Assembly: GCA_052327205.1 (NCBI GenBank)
Contig: CM126210.1
Location: 111,042,001-111,106,000, forward strand
Reading direction: 5' to 3'
Source of the DNA: Somniosus microcephalus
Lineage: Eukaryota
Length of the DNA stretch: 64,000 bases
Made by a program: the position numbers and the translations under genes. Of this stretch, positions 1-14,770 are shown piece after piece. Position 1 is the first letter of the stretch; every line of letters starts with the position of its first letter. Under the pieces are notes generated by a model. That model saw only the letters and a program-made list of their open reading frames with translations, had not been told where the DNA came from and ran no database searches.

Positions 1-756
1 GTCCAAAATAAGGGTTTAATTAAACAGAAAAAAATCAAAAAATACATATTTCACAATTCACTAATAAATTTACTCATTGTATTGTCTTTTGTGTCTTTTC
101 ATGCATTCATTGAAGTTTTACTTGAAGACATCAGTAACTTTCAAAAACCTGGGCTTGGATTTGATATTTTTACTTCGAGCTGTGACTGAGAGCTGAATTT
201 GGATTGTGCAATGTACCTAATTTCCCAGGATGCTTTAGTAGTATTGAGTCATCTGCACTGAGGAGATAGTTCTCTTCAGCTTCTAGTACTTTCTGCCCAA
301 TAGCTTCTCCTCAAATAAATAATTTTGAAAAACTGGAGAACTACCTCAAAAGGTAGGTAAAATTTACATTGACTTTTTAAAAAAATGCAGTGTATTTAAA
401 TGAGAGGGAAAAAATTAGTGTTCTGATTACGGTCCTGTTGTAGATTTTTTTGTGTCGCATAAACTTCAGAAAGCATATTGGACTGAGAAAGAGAGACAGA
501 TATTTGATGGTTGTTTGATTTTTTAAAAAGTTGAGTTTTTCAACCTAAGAATTGTCTCCACCTAGACTTTTGATAATTGTGGGTCATTGTGGAGTTTAGG
601 ATTACAAGTGGTTTGAGAGTATGGGGACAGTGTCTGAGAATTTGGCAGAACTGTGGGAGGAGGGGAAAGTCTCTGGGGTTTGAGTGTGTTGGGGTAGTGT
701 AGTTTGGTAGAAGTGGTGGAGAACTTGAAAACTTACCTGTGTGTATGTGTATTGCC

Positions 757-1012
757 TTGCATTTATATAATGCTTTATTATCTCACCAGGATGTCCTAAA
801 ACGCTTCATGACCAATTACTTTTAGATTGCAGTCACTGTCACATACGAGATATGGCAAACAATTTTCACAGCAATGTCCAACAAACAGTGAATGAGATGA
901 AAAAATGGTTATTTGTTTTTAGTGATGTTTGATTGGGAGAAGAAAGTTGGCCAGTTGGCAATATAGCACTCCCTCAGTGTGCCACTGAAGTAGCCATGAA
1001 GGATGTTTCTGG
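757..1012 (-). mobile_element. Degraded 3' part of Deu-domain SINE (SacSINE1/AmnSINE1-like)
   Basis: Begins CTTGCATTTATATAATGC, the reverse complement of the SINE tail seen in the full copy at 26339-28099; further matches (GTCACTG, CACAGCAA, ACAAACAG). Confidence 0.65.
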
Positions 1013-2711
1013 GAACTCTGGGAGAGGATGTTTTGTGGTATGGGAGCAGTGGGAGAAAGCAGTAGGCACTTGAGCAACTTTGGTTGCAGTATGTGTAAAT
1101 AAGAGGTTGGGGTGGGAAGAAGGGACTGCTGGTTGGGTTGGATTGGGTCAGAGGGGAAGAGGCTGTGAGAGGGGAAATGTTACATTGTGGAACGGAGAGG
1201 GAGAAATGGCAGCAGAGTGGGGACTGTTGGCTGGCAGGTTGGGTGGTGCTGTGAACAACCGGACTACATGACTTTAAGATAGCTCTGGGAGAATTCATTG
1301 GGAGGTAAATATAATTCATCATTAATGTTTTAAGTGTAATGGAAGTGTACAGGCAGTAAATGTGACACTTGCAGGAATACTTTACATATTAATAGGAGGA
1401 TACAATTGTTTTATAACCTACTTAATTTGCTATAAAATGCTTTGGGATGTCATGAGGTTGTGAAAGGTGCTATATAAATGCAAGTTCTTTCTTTACAGGT
1501 GTTCTACCATGCAACAAGCAATTTATTTTCAGGGATGTTGATTTATGGTTACTTAAGTCAAATTCTGTTCTGTCAAATTAACTAAGTTTGACAAAGAAAG
1601 TGCTTAAAGAAGTGCAACACTTATAAGATGCGTGCCATATACGTAAATATATATTCGTGGATTTCCTATGGCATCACTCATGGTAAGTTGGAGGACATAG
1701 TGATTTTCTTGTCTGCCATCCTCCTGTTGCTGTTTGTCCCTCTTGTTCTGCTCTGTGTCTCTCACTTGTTCTAATCTTCTAGTTCATGGCCCCTGTTGTG
1801 TTTTACTTCTGTTCTGTGCCCTTCTGCTGTTTCTGTGTCTCTTTTCTTACCGGATCGAAGATGATGTGACATAGAAGGGGGTTGTTGAGGCCTCAAGTCC
1901 TGATTTTCTGGTGATGACTTTAGGGGTAGCAGGGGTAAGGCAAATGCGACCTGTAATCCATTCCCGCCATCTCAATTGCTTGTGCTCCATTTTTTGCTCC
2001 TATTGTGTCTCCGATGCTTTTGGTTTCACACAATCCCTTCACCTTCCCGTCAGCTCATTGCTGCTTGGACCCCTTGAAGCATGTGGTGAACCACTGTATT
2101 CACCACTGTGCTTTGCTTTGTTGCTCCCGTATGTCTTTTGCCTAACAGCCTATTTGGTCACTTGGGTGTTATGAGGGCAGGTGGGTAGAAGTTGCTTTGT
2201 TCTATCTCTTGTCCTCCTATCTGAACTCCTACTGTCTTCATTTACCCCATCCACTCTTACACAATGACCTCTGTGCTCTCTACCTCTGTATCCCCTCTCC
2301 CCTACCTCTGTCATTGGTGCCAGCCCTCAAACCATCCAAATTCTTTCCCTTAGCTCTCTGTCTATTTGCATTATCGATCCCTTAGCAGAGTGGTATGTCT
2401 CCTATCACAGCTGCTTTTGGCCACTAAAGCCTACACCTCTGACCCATTATCCTGCTGATCTTGCCTCTGGCCACTTCCCTGTGAGCCTATCACTTCCTCC
2501 CCCCACCCCTTTTCCCCTGTACCCTTGCTTCCTCAGTCATCCGATCCAAGTCATGCTACTGCTTCCTCTCAATCCCTAACCCACTGTTGGCCTGCCCATG
2601 CTGGCCACATTTGTCACTCACCTTGTCTTTAACGGGAAACAGGAATTTCTGAACGTTCTGATACCCAGGTGTGATAGGAAGTGTGACAATCAGGAAGTAT
2701 GTGCTGAATGA

Positions 2712-2832
2712 TGGCAAAATACTGCAGAGGCTGGAAATCCGAAATAACAACAGAAAATGCTGGAAAAACTCAGCAGGTCAGGCAACATCCGTGGAGAGAA
2801 ATTTGAGTTGACGTTTCGGGTCGAAACCCTTT
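2712..2832 (-). mobile_element. Penelope-like element 3' end (family A), 5'-truncated inside the hammerhead motif
   Basis: Near-identical to the 3' end of the GIY-YIG-bearing copy at 29207; flanked by 12-bp direct repeat TGTGCTGAATGA (2700-2711, 2833-2844). Confidence 0.85.
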
Positions 2833-3132
2833 TGTGCTGAATGACTTGTACTATATAACATCTGCATATGTAGTTATAATCGCCTATATATTAATACCTT
2901 CTAATCAAAGCAGCTTGAAGAGCTGGGAAACTAAAAAAACTTTTAGAAATCTTATAGAACTATCATTGGGCAATATATGGAATGCGGATTCAAATTGGCC
3001 TCCAATTTGGGTAATGCAGGGAATAATGAGGTGAGGAGAAAAGCTAAGATAGAGATAATGCAAATGATGTGCTAAGTTGCAGGTATGCCATAGAGTAGAA
3101 TTTTCTCAGTGCATTTGCTCCTTTATTGAATA

Positions 3133-4134
3133 CTAGCTGGGGAGCCCCGCGTTGCGAGGGCAATTTAGGGGCGCTTGGTCTCCCTGCCCCTGTGTGTCCC
3201 CCCTCTCCCTGTCATGTCCTCTCCCTGTCCTATCCCTCCCTCCCCTCCCCTCTCTCTCTCCCTCCCCTCCCCCACCCCTCCCCCACCACTCCCCTGCTCC
3301 CCTCTGTCCCTCTCTCCGGCCCCTCCCCCTGCCTAGCGCCTGAGGTCCGGTGCCGTTGCGATAGCGGGAATGCTGAGCGGCGGCCGGCGCCGGGAGCGGG
3401 CTCTCGCGGGCGGCGCATGCGCGGTCAGTGCGGGCGGCCCGCGGGGAGCAGGCAAGACCGCCGGTGTGCCCCGTTGCCGGGGTAACGGGGGCCGTGCGAA
3501 TGCGTGCCGTCGTCAAGGCGGCCGCGCAACTGGCGGCCTCTTGTTTTTTTTAAACTCATCAGCTCTCCCACCCCACCCCCCCCCGCGCGATTTCCCGAGG
3601 CGCTCCCCGCCCCCCCCCCGCGATTTCCCAAGGCGCTCCCCCCCCCCCCCCCAATTAAATTGTTATTTAATTCCCTAACACATCATTAAAATATTTACCT
3701 TACTTCCCTAACACACTGAAAGTGTGGGGAAAAAATTGTGAAAAATCAAGATGGCGGCCACTCACCTCAGTTCAGAAGGATAAGGCCCGCCCACACACGC
3801 ACCGATTGGTCGACCGGTCAGGTCACCGAAGCGTAGGATTGGTCAATCGTCGAGTCACTCGACACTCAACTGTAGGAAGGAACCCGCCGTCCGATTGGTC
3901 GACCTCGACGTCACACGGTCGCTAATGAGATGCTAATGAGCGGAAGGCTGAACGTTTTTCGGATACTGCGGGCGCGGTTTTTGTCCGGCCGAAACGTAAA
4001 TACGCCTATGACCGGTCCGGAATCGCAAGCTTTCTTTTGAGGCGACGCGCGCGTCGGTACGCTCTGTAACTTTCAAACGTATAGAGAACGGACAGACATC
4101 GGGGCAGACAGAAGAGCCGCTTTATATATATAGA
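3133..4134 (-). mobile_element. Non-autonomous Helitron
   Basis: On the minus strand it starts TC(TATATATAT) at 4134 and ends CTAG at 3133. A GC-rich subterminal hairpin GCCCCGC-GTT-GCGAGGGC lies at 3144-3161, inserted between A and T with no TSD. CpG-rich in a CpG-poor background. Confidence 0.85.
3747..3946 (-). promoter_or_regulatory. Promoter-like motif cluster and splice donor inside the Helitron
   Basis: YY1 motif CAAGATGGCGGC 3747-3758; minus-strand donor GAG|GTGAGT (GT at 3765-3764); GC box 3786-3792; three GACCAATC boxes (ATTGG at 3805, 3838, 3894); CRE-like GACGTCAC 3907-3914; octamer-like ATGCTAAT 3930-3937; ETS CGGAAG 3941-3946. Confidence 0.55.
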
Positions 4135-5674
4135 TGCAATGCAAGTATTATCAGAATGCTCAGACTTGGATGCAGCTGTTCATAAATTACAAATTTGTCA
4201 GTTAATCCTATTAAATGACTAAACTGTTGCTTTTATTTCCAGTTGTACTGTCACCTCCCCATTTAAAGATGTGGTGTGAGACAGGAGCTTGGGATCATTA
4301 AGCAAAAAGCCTGATGCAACACTTCTACTATTTTTCCAAGGAGATTTAACCAAAAGACATGCATTGTGCTGCTAAGGTCATAATACTTGGTGCATTAAGT
4401 ACATTTGGAAAGTTCAATGATTATAAACCTGAGGATTGTCTGATTCCAATGCCAGGGATTTGGACTGTAGTTTCCCACCTCTGTGAGCTACTACTTTTGG
4501 GTAAGTACTTTTCGGTAGGGACCTCTTCCCACCCTCCTCCAGGAAAAGGGGAAATCCAGGTTGCTTTGGGTAGTGGCTTAAAGAGCGGCAGAGGCCCGAA
4601 AGGAGATGACCTTCCAGTGTGCTTGCGTGGGCAATGTTGCGAAGTGCTTAGACACGAGGAAAGCAATTCAATTTTGAGGGAAAAAATCTTGCTGCTAAAA
4701 GGCTTGAAGATGTGTTAGTAGTTTTGGACACTTAGTTTTATTTGATCTATGTCTGATCCACAACACATGAGGTAATGTTGCAGAAACCAGCAGGCCTTTG
4801 TTGTCCTATTGAATTATTAGCGTTTCCTATCTGCTACTCACAGCAGGTGCTTTCTTGCACGTCTTGGGTGAGGACACAAAGTTCCTGCGAGGAGCATTGA
4901 TCAGTTGACTGGTGAGGTTCTGTGGCAGCGACTTTCCTCCCCTCTAACACTGACGATGATGATTAGCTGTGTAGCTGATCATTCTGAAAGAGTTTACTGT
5001 TGCTGACATTCCTATCATTCGGGTTTTCACATATAGTAAAACAAATTTGTCTAGTAATATGACATCTGTACAAATTAATTTTAAAAATCAAATGCATAGC
5101 TGTTTAAATTTAAAATTTGTTGAAATTTGATTTCTAGAAATGTTGGTGTTTACGTTGAGGACTTGGAAATGCTACTTTTAGCCATATTTGCTATAATATT
5201 TAAGAGTTTAATATAATTTGAAGTTGAATATAACAAAATGCTTTTTTAATACTATGGAGTGAGCTACTTTGGAATCAAACTGCAGCTCAGTCTATGTTGG
5301 ACGATTATTTTTATTAGTATATAATGGCTGCCCTGGACTGGGTTAGAGAGACAGCTGTACTGGGAACTGATGTGTCAGCTAATTGATATCATTGATGCTG
5401 GAATCATAATTGAGGTACAAATGTGCTAGTCATAGATTTCACACATTTCCTTTTTTGGTCAGTCAGGGGCTGACCACACACGAAACCCATCACTATGTTT
5501 AAGAGTATTCAAATCCAGCGTGTGTGAAATCCATGCAGGCAGTGTTTCTATTTGCCCAAAGCAGAGTGTACACATACTCTCCAGTGACAGACTCCACTTA
5601 CACAAGTCCTTGGGTGTAGATTGGCAGAGCCAAGGCAATAGGACTGGGATACTGACCAGCATTTTGCATTTTTT

Positions 5675-5917
5675 GGAAGAAGTGGAGTTATCCCAGTGTC
5701 CTGGTCAACCTTTATTCCTCAACCAGCACCACTGAAACAGATTATCCTGTCATTTACCTCCTTGCTGTTTATGGGACCTTGCTTTACACACATTTGCTGC
5801 TATGTCTCCCTACATTACATCAATGACTACACTTCAGAAGTACTTATTTGGCTGTAAAGCACTTTGGGACTTCCAATGGTCACGTAATGTGCTATATAAA
5901 TGCATGTTTGTTCTTTC
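5675..5917 (+). mobile_element. Deu-domain SINE 3' fragment
   Basis: Matches 27850-28099 (TGACTACACTTCAGAAGTACTT...GCTATATAAATGCA). Confidence 0.75.
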
Positions 5918-7522
5918 TGGCACTAGTAAGCTTCCATGGCAGGTCGATCTTGAGTTGAGTGATAACCCTGCAAGCCATTGCTCGAATAGATTAGCTGGTC
6001 CTAGCTGGACAAGTAGTGGAAAAGTTACAAGTAAGCTGTGTTGTTCCAGCAGTTTCCTGAGAATCCCCCAACTTGGGGATTTTGCCAACGTATGCCAAAC
6101 CTCTCTGGGCTTGGACAAGTGGGTGTCTCTCTAGCCTACAACGAGAGAGTGCATTTCTTGTCAGCAAATGAAAACTCTACTTCTGTGGATCTCTCAACAG
6201 TTTGTTTCAGAGACTCATAAGCATAATGATGGGTTTTCATGTGCGTCAGACAATTGGCTTACTGAAAAACACCACCTGCCTTTATTTGTACAATGCTTAT
6301 AGAAATCGCTCGTATAACTAAAACTATTAATATTTGAAACTATTCCATGTAATAAATGTAAAACAAACACTGATTTGATAGCCGTAGATAGTTTCTATAT
6401 TTTTAACTTAATTTAACATAAGCCATGTCCTAGGCTTGTTTTAGAAAAGACTTTGTACCAACCTGGCCATTCATCTAACGGGGGTTGATAGTACTGCAAA
6501 ATGCTACAGTAATATGCTGCTGGGGAAGTAATTTCAGCATACATGCAAAGTTGGTTAAACATTCCTGCTGACAGGTAAAATAAAAACAAAGCATCAGCTG
6601 ACAGTACTGTACTATTTCAGAATGATTTAAAATCTAGTGCACATTTTTATGGACATACCTTTTTGCCTTTAGAAACAAGTCTGCAATGTTTTTCTACAGG
6701 TGAAATTCTTGTGCTCGTCACACAGTGCTTTAGAACATTCAATCACTGCAGCATATTTTGATTCTGTCAAATCTGTCATCTTGGGGTTAATGAGAATCTT
6801 TTAAAGGAAGAAGGTCTGCTACTAAACGGGCAATGTCTTCATAATAGTGGATGACTTAAAATGTCATTTCATACGTTGGGACTTCAAGGTATAGTTAGCA
6901 ACAGTTCTACTGATACAAAGAATTGTCAAGAGCTCTGCTGGCTTTATGGATATATGTAGGCTTTTTTTTCCCCTCTTGAGTTTTTATAAGCTGTTCAGTT
7001 GCTTCACATTGTCTCTGCACTATAGGTCTCGGACTTTGCTTTGGTTTCTCAATTTAAGAAAAGTTAGAATTTAAAAAAAAAAAAAATTATGTCCACTCCT
7101 TTCTGCATACCATTATATTTGTTTGATTGGAGTTCTTGTTGAGTTTAAAATAACTGCTAATGGTGGCTAGTCTATCTACCAGATCTTATCATTCCTTCTT
7201 CTTTTCAGCTGTAAGTACAATTTTGTCCCTATATGTCAGTTCATTAAACTTTTTGTTTAACTTTTAAGCTTCCTTGAAAGCCTTTGAGAGCAACTGTCAT
7301 AATCAGCTGAGAGTAACTATTGAGAAAGTGGGGAGACAGGTTGCATCCTTGTATGCTTTTCTTTGTCCTTAATTTTTCGAGTTCTTTATCATGGTCTCAT
7401 TTCTGGTTTCTATAGGACTTCTTGCTCAATTTTACATATCTAGCGAATCCCATGTGCGCTGTTTCTTTCCATAGCATTTCAACTCGAAGAGCTTGTGTAT
7501 AAGCCTAAAAACCAAAGAAAAC

Positions 7523-8257
7523 GGCCCGTAATTTGCAGCCAGCGGCGAAACAAAGGCGTTCGCCGCTGGCCCCAAAGTAAGCTTTGCACAAAGACCTCGT
7601 GATCTCTGTCGAAGTTAGAGTTTTCCGACACATAATTCAAATCAACGTAGCATAGTGGGAATCTCCTTGTGCGAGCTGCTGTGACGTCAACAGGCTGTCT
7701 AAGCAGCCAATCAAAACGCAGAATTCTCACAGACAGCGAACAAGCAAAGTAGGTAAGCTCTTAAAATTCTAACTTTTTAAAAATGTTAGAGAGCAAAACA
7801 AAGATTGGGGATCTTTCATGTGGAAAAGGCAAACCTGAAATAAAGATGAACAAACTAAAGTTTCTTTAAATTTTTATTTTTATTAAAAGGGATAAATTTG
7901 ACACTGCACAAAATTAAAATTAGTTTTTCAGGGCCATAACCTTTGTTTAGCAGTCAATACGCTGTTAAAACCTCAGTTACACCTAATCCCTTTAGGTCTT
8001 TAGTGGGGAATTTAACAATGTAATTACTGCGGAAGAGCCGACAATGCCGTCATTTTCCATGACTTGAGAGATTTCACTGATTGCCGGCTCTGGGGGGCGG
8101 GAGGGGCACAGTGCAGCCTGTGGAGGAGCAGTGAATGATAGACTGCAACTTCAGGATTTCCGCATTAGTTTGCGCACGCGCTAAATCCTGCAGTTGCGGT
8201 CAGTTTCAAAGGCAAAATGACAGCGAACGCCGTCATTGGGACTGCAAATTCCAGGCC
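7523..8257. mobile_element. Non-autonomous TIR element (possibly PIF/Harbinger-type)
   Basis: Imperfect TIRs GGCCCGTAATTTGCAG / CTGCAAATTCCAGGCC with shared subterminal GGCGTTCGC; CpG-richer than flanks; no clear TSD, so superfamily is uncertain. Confidence 0.55.
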
Positions 8258-10369
8258 ATTGTCTTTCTCTCCCTCCCTTTGCCTGCCTCTGTCTCCCCCT
8301 TTTGTTTCATCTCTTTCAAACTCTTTCTCCCTCTCGCCCTTTTACACTCTCCTTGGAGTCTCGCACTTTATAGATGATGTAATTTTCATCTGATCTGACA
8401 TGAGGGGGAAGGGAAAAGAAAACGATTGTTCTTTACATTTTCCAAAATGACCACAAATTGAGGCCCACTATCTTTCCTGAGTGCTGAACCCAAGTACTGG
8501 GTAGGGCTACTGCTGGATATTCGATTTATGCATCTTGTTGGCTTTGATGGCGACAAAGTCTATGATTCTGCCCTTTTGTAATGGAGAGGGCCCTCGATTA
8601 AAAGATGGAACCGCACACCTCATAGCGGCTTAATGTTTAGAAACCAGCACCTCACAAAGGCAAGTGATCGCGTATTACTTTTTTTTGTTTGGCAGTTCAT
8701 GATTACTGCTTAAACCAGCGAGCTTCTCCTATAAAGTCTTGTCTTGCAACACCTGACTAACAGGTCTAAAAACAAATAATTACTTGATCATGTTTGGAGA
8801 CTTTGTTGCCAAATTGTTTGTTTATTGGTTAATTAATGTCTGTAGTTTACATGAAAATAAAGGATGGGAAATTTATGGTATTTGGATTACTGATTAATTT
8901 TGTAGCTGCCTTAATTGTTCTTAAGAGCTGATTTTTGTTCGTGTGTTTTCCTGCAAAAGATTATGAAACAAATTTGCCATATTTTGCTCTAAGGCACCCA
9001 GACTGCTGGAAGTGAGTTGGAGTAAAATGCTTTCTGTTTTTTTTGTTGGGGGTCCAAGCAACATGCATATGGTACATGGCAGAGAAACAAAATGACTGTC
9101 TGCTGGTGAGTCCATTAGAATGGGATGTAGCTTAATCCAGATAAATTAGGAATTGTTTGCTGAGAAATATTGTTTGAAGATTTCTGTAAACTGCTGATAA
9201 AAATGACCATTATTGCAAATTTTAGGACACCGTATTACCTTTTACTGAAGCAAACCTATTTACAAAATCTGACACAAGTTAGTAGATTTCTGCGGCAGAG
9301 TTGCTGCTTCTAGCTAACATTTGGAAATGGTTTGACTATTTTGGTGTGGTGAAGACTGGGCCAACACTACACAAAGGGAGTAAATGAGATGTTTTTGTTG
9401 TTTTGTGATGTGGACCAGTTATGCCCATTTATCTGGAATGGTTTGTGCCAGAACCATTCAAAGAGTTCTCAATCTCTGCCTTTGATATGGGGAATGCCAG
9501 GCGGTGGCCGGATGCTTCGAAAAACGGCGAGAGTTGCCACCCAGCTGCTTAAGTATCTCCTAGCATTCAGTTCAGCCCATTAACGGAGGTCTGGCTGGAG
9601 ATCATCCACCTTGGCCTTGATGAAGGAAAGTAGATTGTTGGGGTGGGGGAAATAAGCTGCTCCATTATTTGTCAGAGGATTTTTGCATTTTCTGTAAGCT
9701 TTCACATGCTAGTAAATACTTGCATTGGATGAAATTGTAAAAGGAGTAAGAGGGAATTAGATGAGCACTTCAAGAAGAAAATTATTACAGGACACAAAGA
9801 AAGAGGTTTGGAATGGGATTAAAGCAGATAGCTTTAGTGTGGCACAATGCACTGAATGGTGTTTCCCTCTGCTGAAACTTCTTCAGCTCTGTGAATTACA
9901 TCTTTGGTATATTGCAGCAGATTGCAAAGGATGAAGGTTTAAACTTGGAGAAGAACACACTGGTATAACTTGCCAGCTGACAAGCTGCCTTATTTATCAA
10001 CCTGCTATAGCAATAAAATAAATAGTTCCCCATCCTCAATTTTGCACAGCCCAGCCCAGCCAGTGACTGAAGCGTTTACAGGAGGTTCCCAAACTTCACT
10101 TACTGCGTACCCCCTTCCAGATCTACGAGCTTCCTGCATACCCCTACCAGCATACAGGTTTAATATTTTAACCCTTTTAATGCCCAAGCATGGTACAACT
10201 TATAATACACATGTACAACTTAAACAATGGCTTAATAGTACTACTCCCTATTAATGTGACAGATGAGGTTGTTTGTTTGAGCATAGGTGCATAATGTTTC
10301 GAGTGATAGGTGATAGTTTGAGTCGTAAGTTATTTTCTACACAAAGGCGCTGACGATACTTCGATTTCA

Positions 10370-12223
<1,854 letters not shown>

Positions 12224-12734
12224 AGGCTGAGATTCACATGATGAGTCAGTAGTCGTTGTCTCACCAGCGATTTCAGCAAGTGCACCGGTACTGGCAAGAC
12301 AAATTTCATTACTTCACTTCTCATCACTGATACGTTGTGTCCTTCTTAACACTACCTGTCTTTATCCATCTGTCCATTCTTCACTGTTACATCCCGGCAG
12401 ATATAGTTATAGTGCGACATATACAACCGAAAAAACACCCGACTTGGTTCAGAGCAGAGTTAGACTGGACAGTTGCTGGGCAACTGAAACCGTGCTGTAG
12501 TGTATGGTGATTGGAGGTGAGGGCTATGTACGTCATCGTCCCTGTGTATCTGTGTTCTTATTGGTACATCTTGAAGTAAATTAATTACTTTATATAACAA
12601 ATTCCCACAGAGTTTTAAAGCTTTGTCTGAGTTGCCTATTATAAAAATGTGATGATTAAATAAAATCCACCATCAGACAATTTCTCCCATGTACCCTGCA
12701 GAGATGTACACGTACCAGAGTTTGGGAACCCCTG

Positions 12735-14660
12735 ATTTACAACCATCTGCAGCCAGAAGTGCTGAGCGAAGGATCCTTCTCAGCCTCCTCCTGAGGTCAC
12801 CAACATCACAGTTGACAGTCTGCAGCCAATTCAATTCACTTCACGTAATATCAAGAAATGGCTGAGTGCACCAGACACAGAAAGGTTACAGTCCCCAATA
12901 ACATCCTGGCTGTAATGCTGAAGACCTGTGCTCCAGAACTAGCCTGACCAAGCTGTACTGCTGCAATACATGTATTTATCTGACAATGTGGAAAATTCTT
13001 CAGATCTGCCCTGTCCACAGAAAGCATGACAAATCCACTACTGCCAATTGCCATTCTATCAGCCTACTCCCAAACATCAGTGATGGAAGGTATCGTCAAC
13101 AGCGCTATCAAGCAAAACTTACCAATAATCTGCTCACCGATGCCCAGTTTGGGTTCCTATGCGAGCACTTGGCTCCAGACCTCTTTATAACCTTTGGCCA
13201 AACATTGACAGAGGAGCTGAATTCCAGAGGCGAGGCAAGAGTTACAACTCTTGTCATCAAGACAGTATTGACCAAGTATGGCACCAAGAAGCCCGAGTAA
13301 AACTGAAATCAGTGGAGATCAGGGGGAAAACTCCAGTGGCTGAAGTCATACCTGGCAGAAAGGAAGATGATTGTGGTTGTTGGAGGCCAATCATCCCGGC
13401 CCAAGGATATCACTGCAAGTGTTCCTCAGGGCAGTGTCCTAGGCCCAACTATCTTCAGCTGCTTCATCAATGACCTTCCCTCCAACATAAGGTCAGAAGT
13501 GGGGATGTTCGCTGATGCTTGCACAGTGTTTAGTTTCATTTGCAACTCCTCAGATAATGAAGCATGTATGCAGCAAGACCTTGACAACATCCAGGCTTGG
13601 GCTGATAAGTGGCAAGTAACATTCGTGCCCTACAAATGCCAGACAATAATCATCACGAGAAAGCCTAACCACCTCTCCTTGACATTCAGTGGCATTACCA
13701 TCAGCGAGTCCCCCCACCATCAACATCCTGAGGGTTGCCATTGACCAGAAACTCAATTAGACCAGCCACATAAATGCCGAGGCTACTAAAGCAGGTTAGC
13801 GGTTGTGATGAGTGGTTCATCCCCTGATTGCCCAAAGGCTCTTCACCATCTACAAGGCACAAGTCAGGAGTGTGATGGAATACTCTCCACTTGCTTGGAT
13901 GCGTGCATCTGCAACAACACTTTAAGCTTAACACCATTCAGGACAAAGCAGTCCGCTTGATCGGCCTCTCGTTCACTAGTCTAAACTTCTATACATGGTT
14001 ACAGTGTGTACTATCTACAAGATACAGGAAACTTTGTGTTATCCGGAGGCTTACTGTCTGGAATGCCCGAGCCACCGGCAAAAATCAGGAGCCGTTTTCG
14101 TTAGGTTTTTTTCTCCTCGTTGCTTTTTTTCTCGTTGCTTTTTTCCTCAACAGTCAAGCTCTGCAAGGTCTGCTGAAGCTGTTGCTAAGCTACAGAGACG
14201 CATGGACTGTTTAGAAGCTGTTGCTAAACAACAGGGTTTGTTGACAGATACGGAGCTCAAAAGCTTCCGTATCTTTCAACATTAGCGCTGGAGTGTCTGG
14301 CAGTTTTGAGGGAATGGCAACAGCTCGGTCCCATCGGTGCCGGATAGCACAAAGTTTCCTGTACACTGCGGCAAGTTGCCAAGGCTTCTTCGGCAGCACC
14401 TCCCAAACCCGCGACCTTCACCACCGAGAAGGACAACGGCAGCAGGTGCATGGGAACACCATCACCTCCAAGTGCCCACCATCCTGACTTGGACATAGAG
14501 CGCCGTTCCTTCATTGTCGCTGGGTCAATGCTGTTAGGCAGGAAGTTCCAAAACAATGTGGGAGCTCCTTCACCATATGGACTGCAGCGATTCACCACCA
14601 TCTCCTCAGAGCAACTTGAAATGTCAGCCTTGTCAGTAATGCCCACGTCCTGATAACGAA
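12735..14660 (+). mobile_element. Decayed non-LTR retrotransposon (CR1/L2 group) RT region and 3' end
   Basis: Peptides QFGF, VPQGSVLGPTIFSCFINDL, MFADAC (FADD motif) and QQDLDNIQAWADKWQVTF; interrupted by a MITE at 14025; continues across the hAT to ~10060. Confidence 0.8.
14025..14361. mobile_element. Tc1/mariner-pogo-type MITE, copy 1
   Basis: 22-bp TIR CAGGAAACTTTGTG(T/C)TATCCGG with one mismatch; TA TSD on both sides. Confidence 0.85.
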
Positions 14661-14770
14661 AAAACTGTTGATCTGTAGCCTAATTTGTATCTTGCAGTAA
14701 TGTGTATTTATTTAGTACCATGATTTTTAAATTTATTGAAACTGCCAATCTTACATAAAAAGAAAATAAA

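Noticed and set aside
3126-3925. Many overlapping Pro/Gly/Arg-rich ORFs; host CpG-island gene
   Set aside because: Stop-poor GC-rich low-complexity DNA bounded precisely by Helitron termini.
3921-3940. TAATGAGAT as a herpesviral TAATGARAT element
   Set aside because: A 9-bp match with no other viral sequence; treated only as an octamer-like motif.
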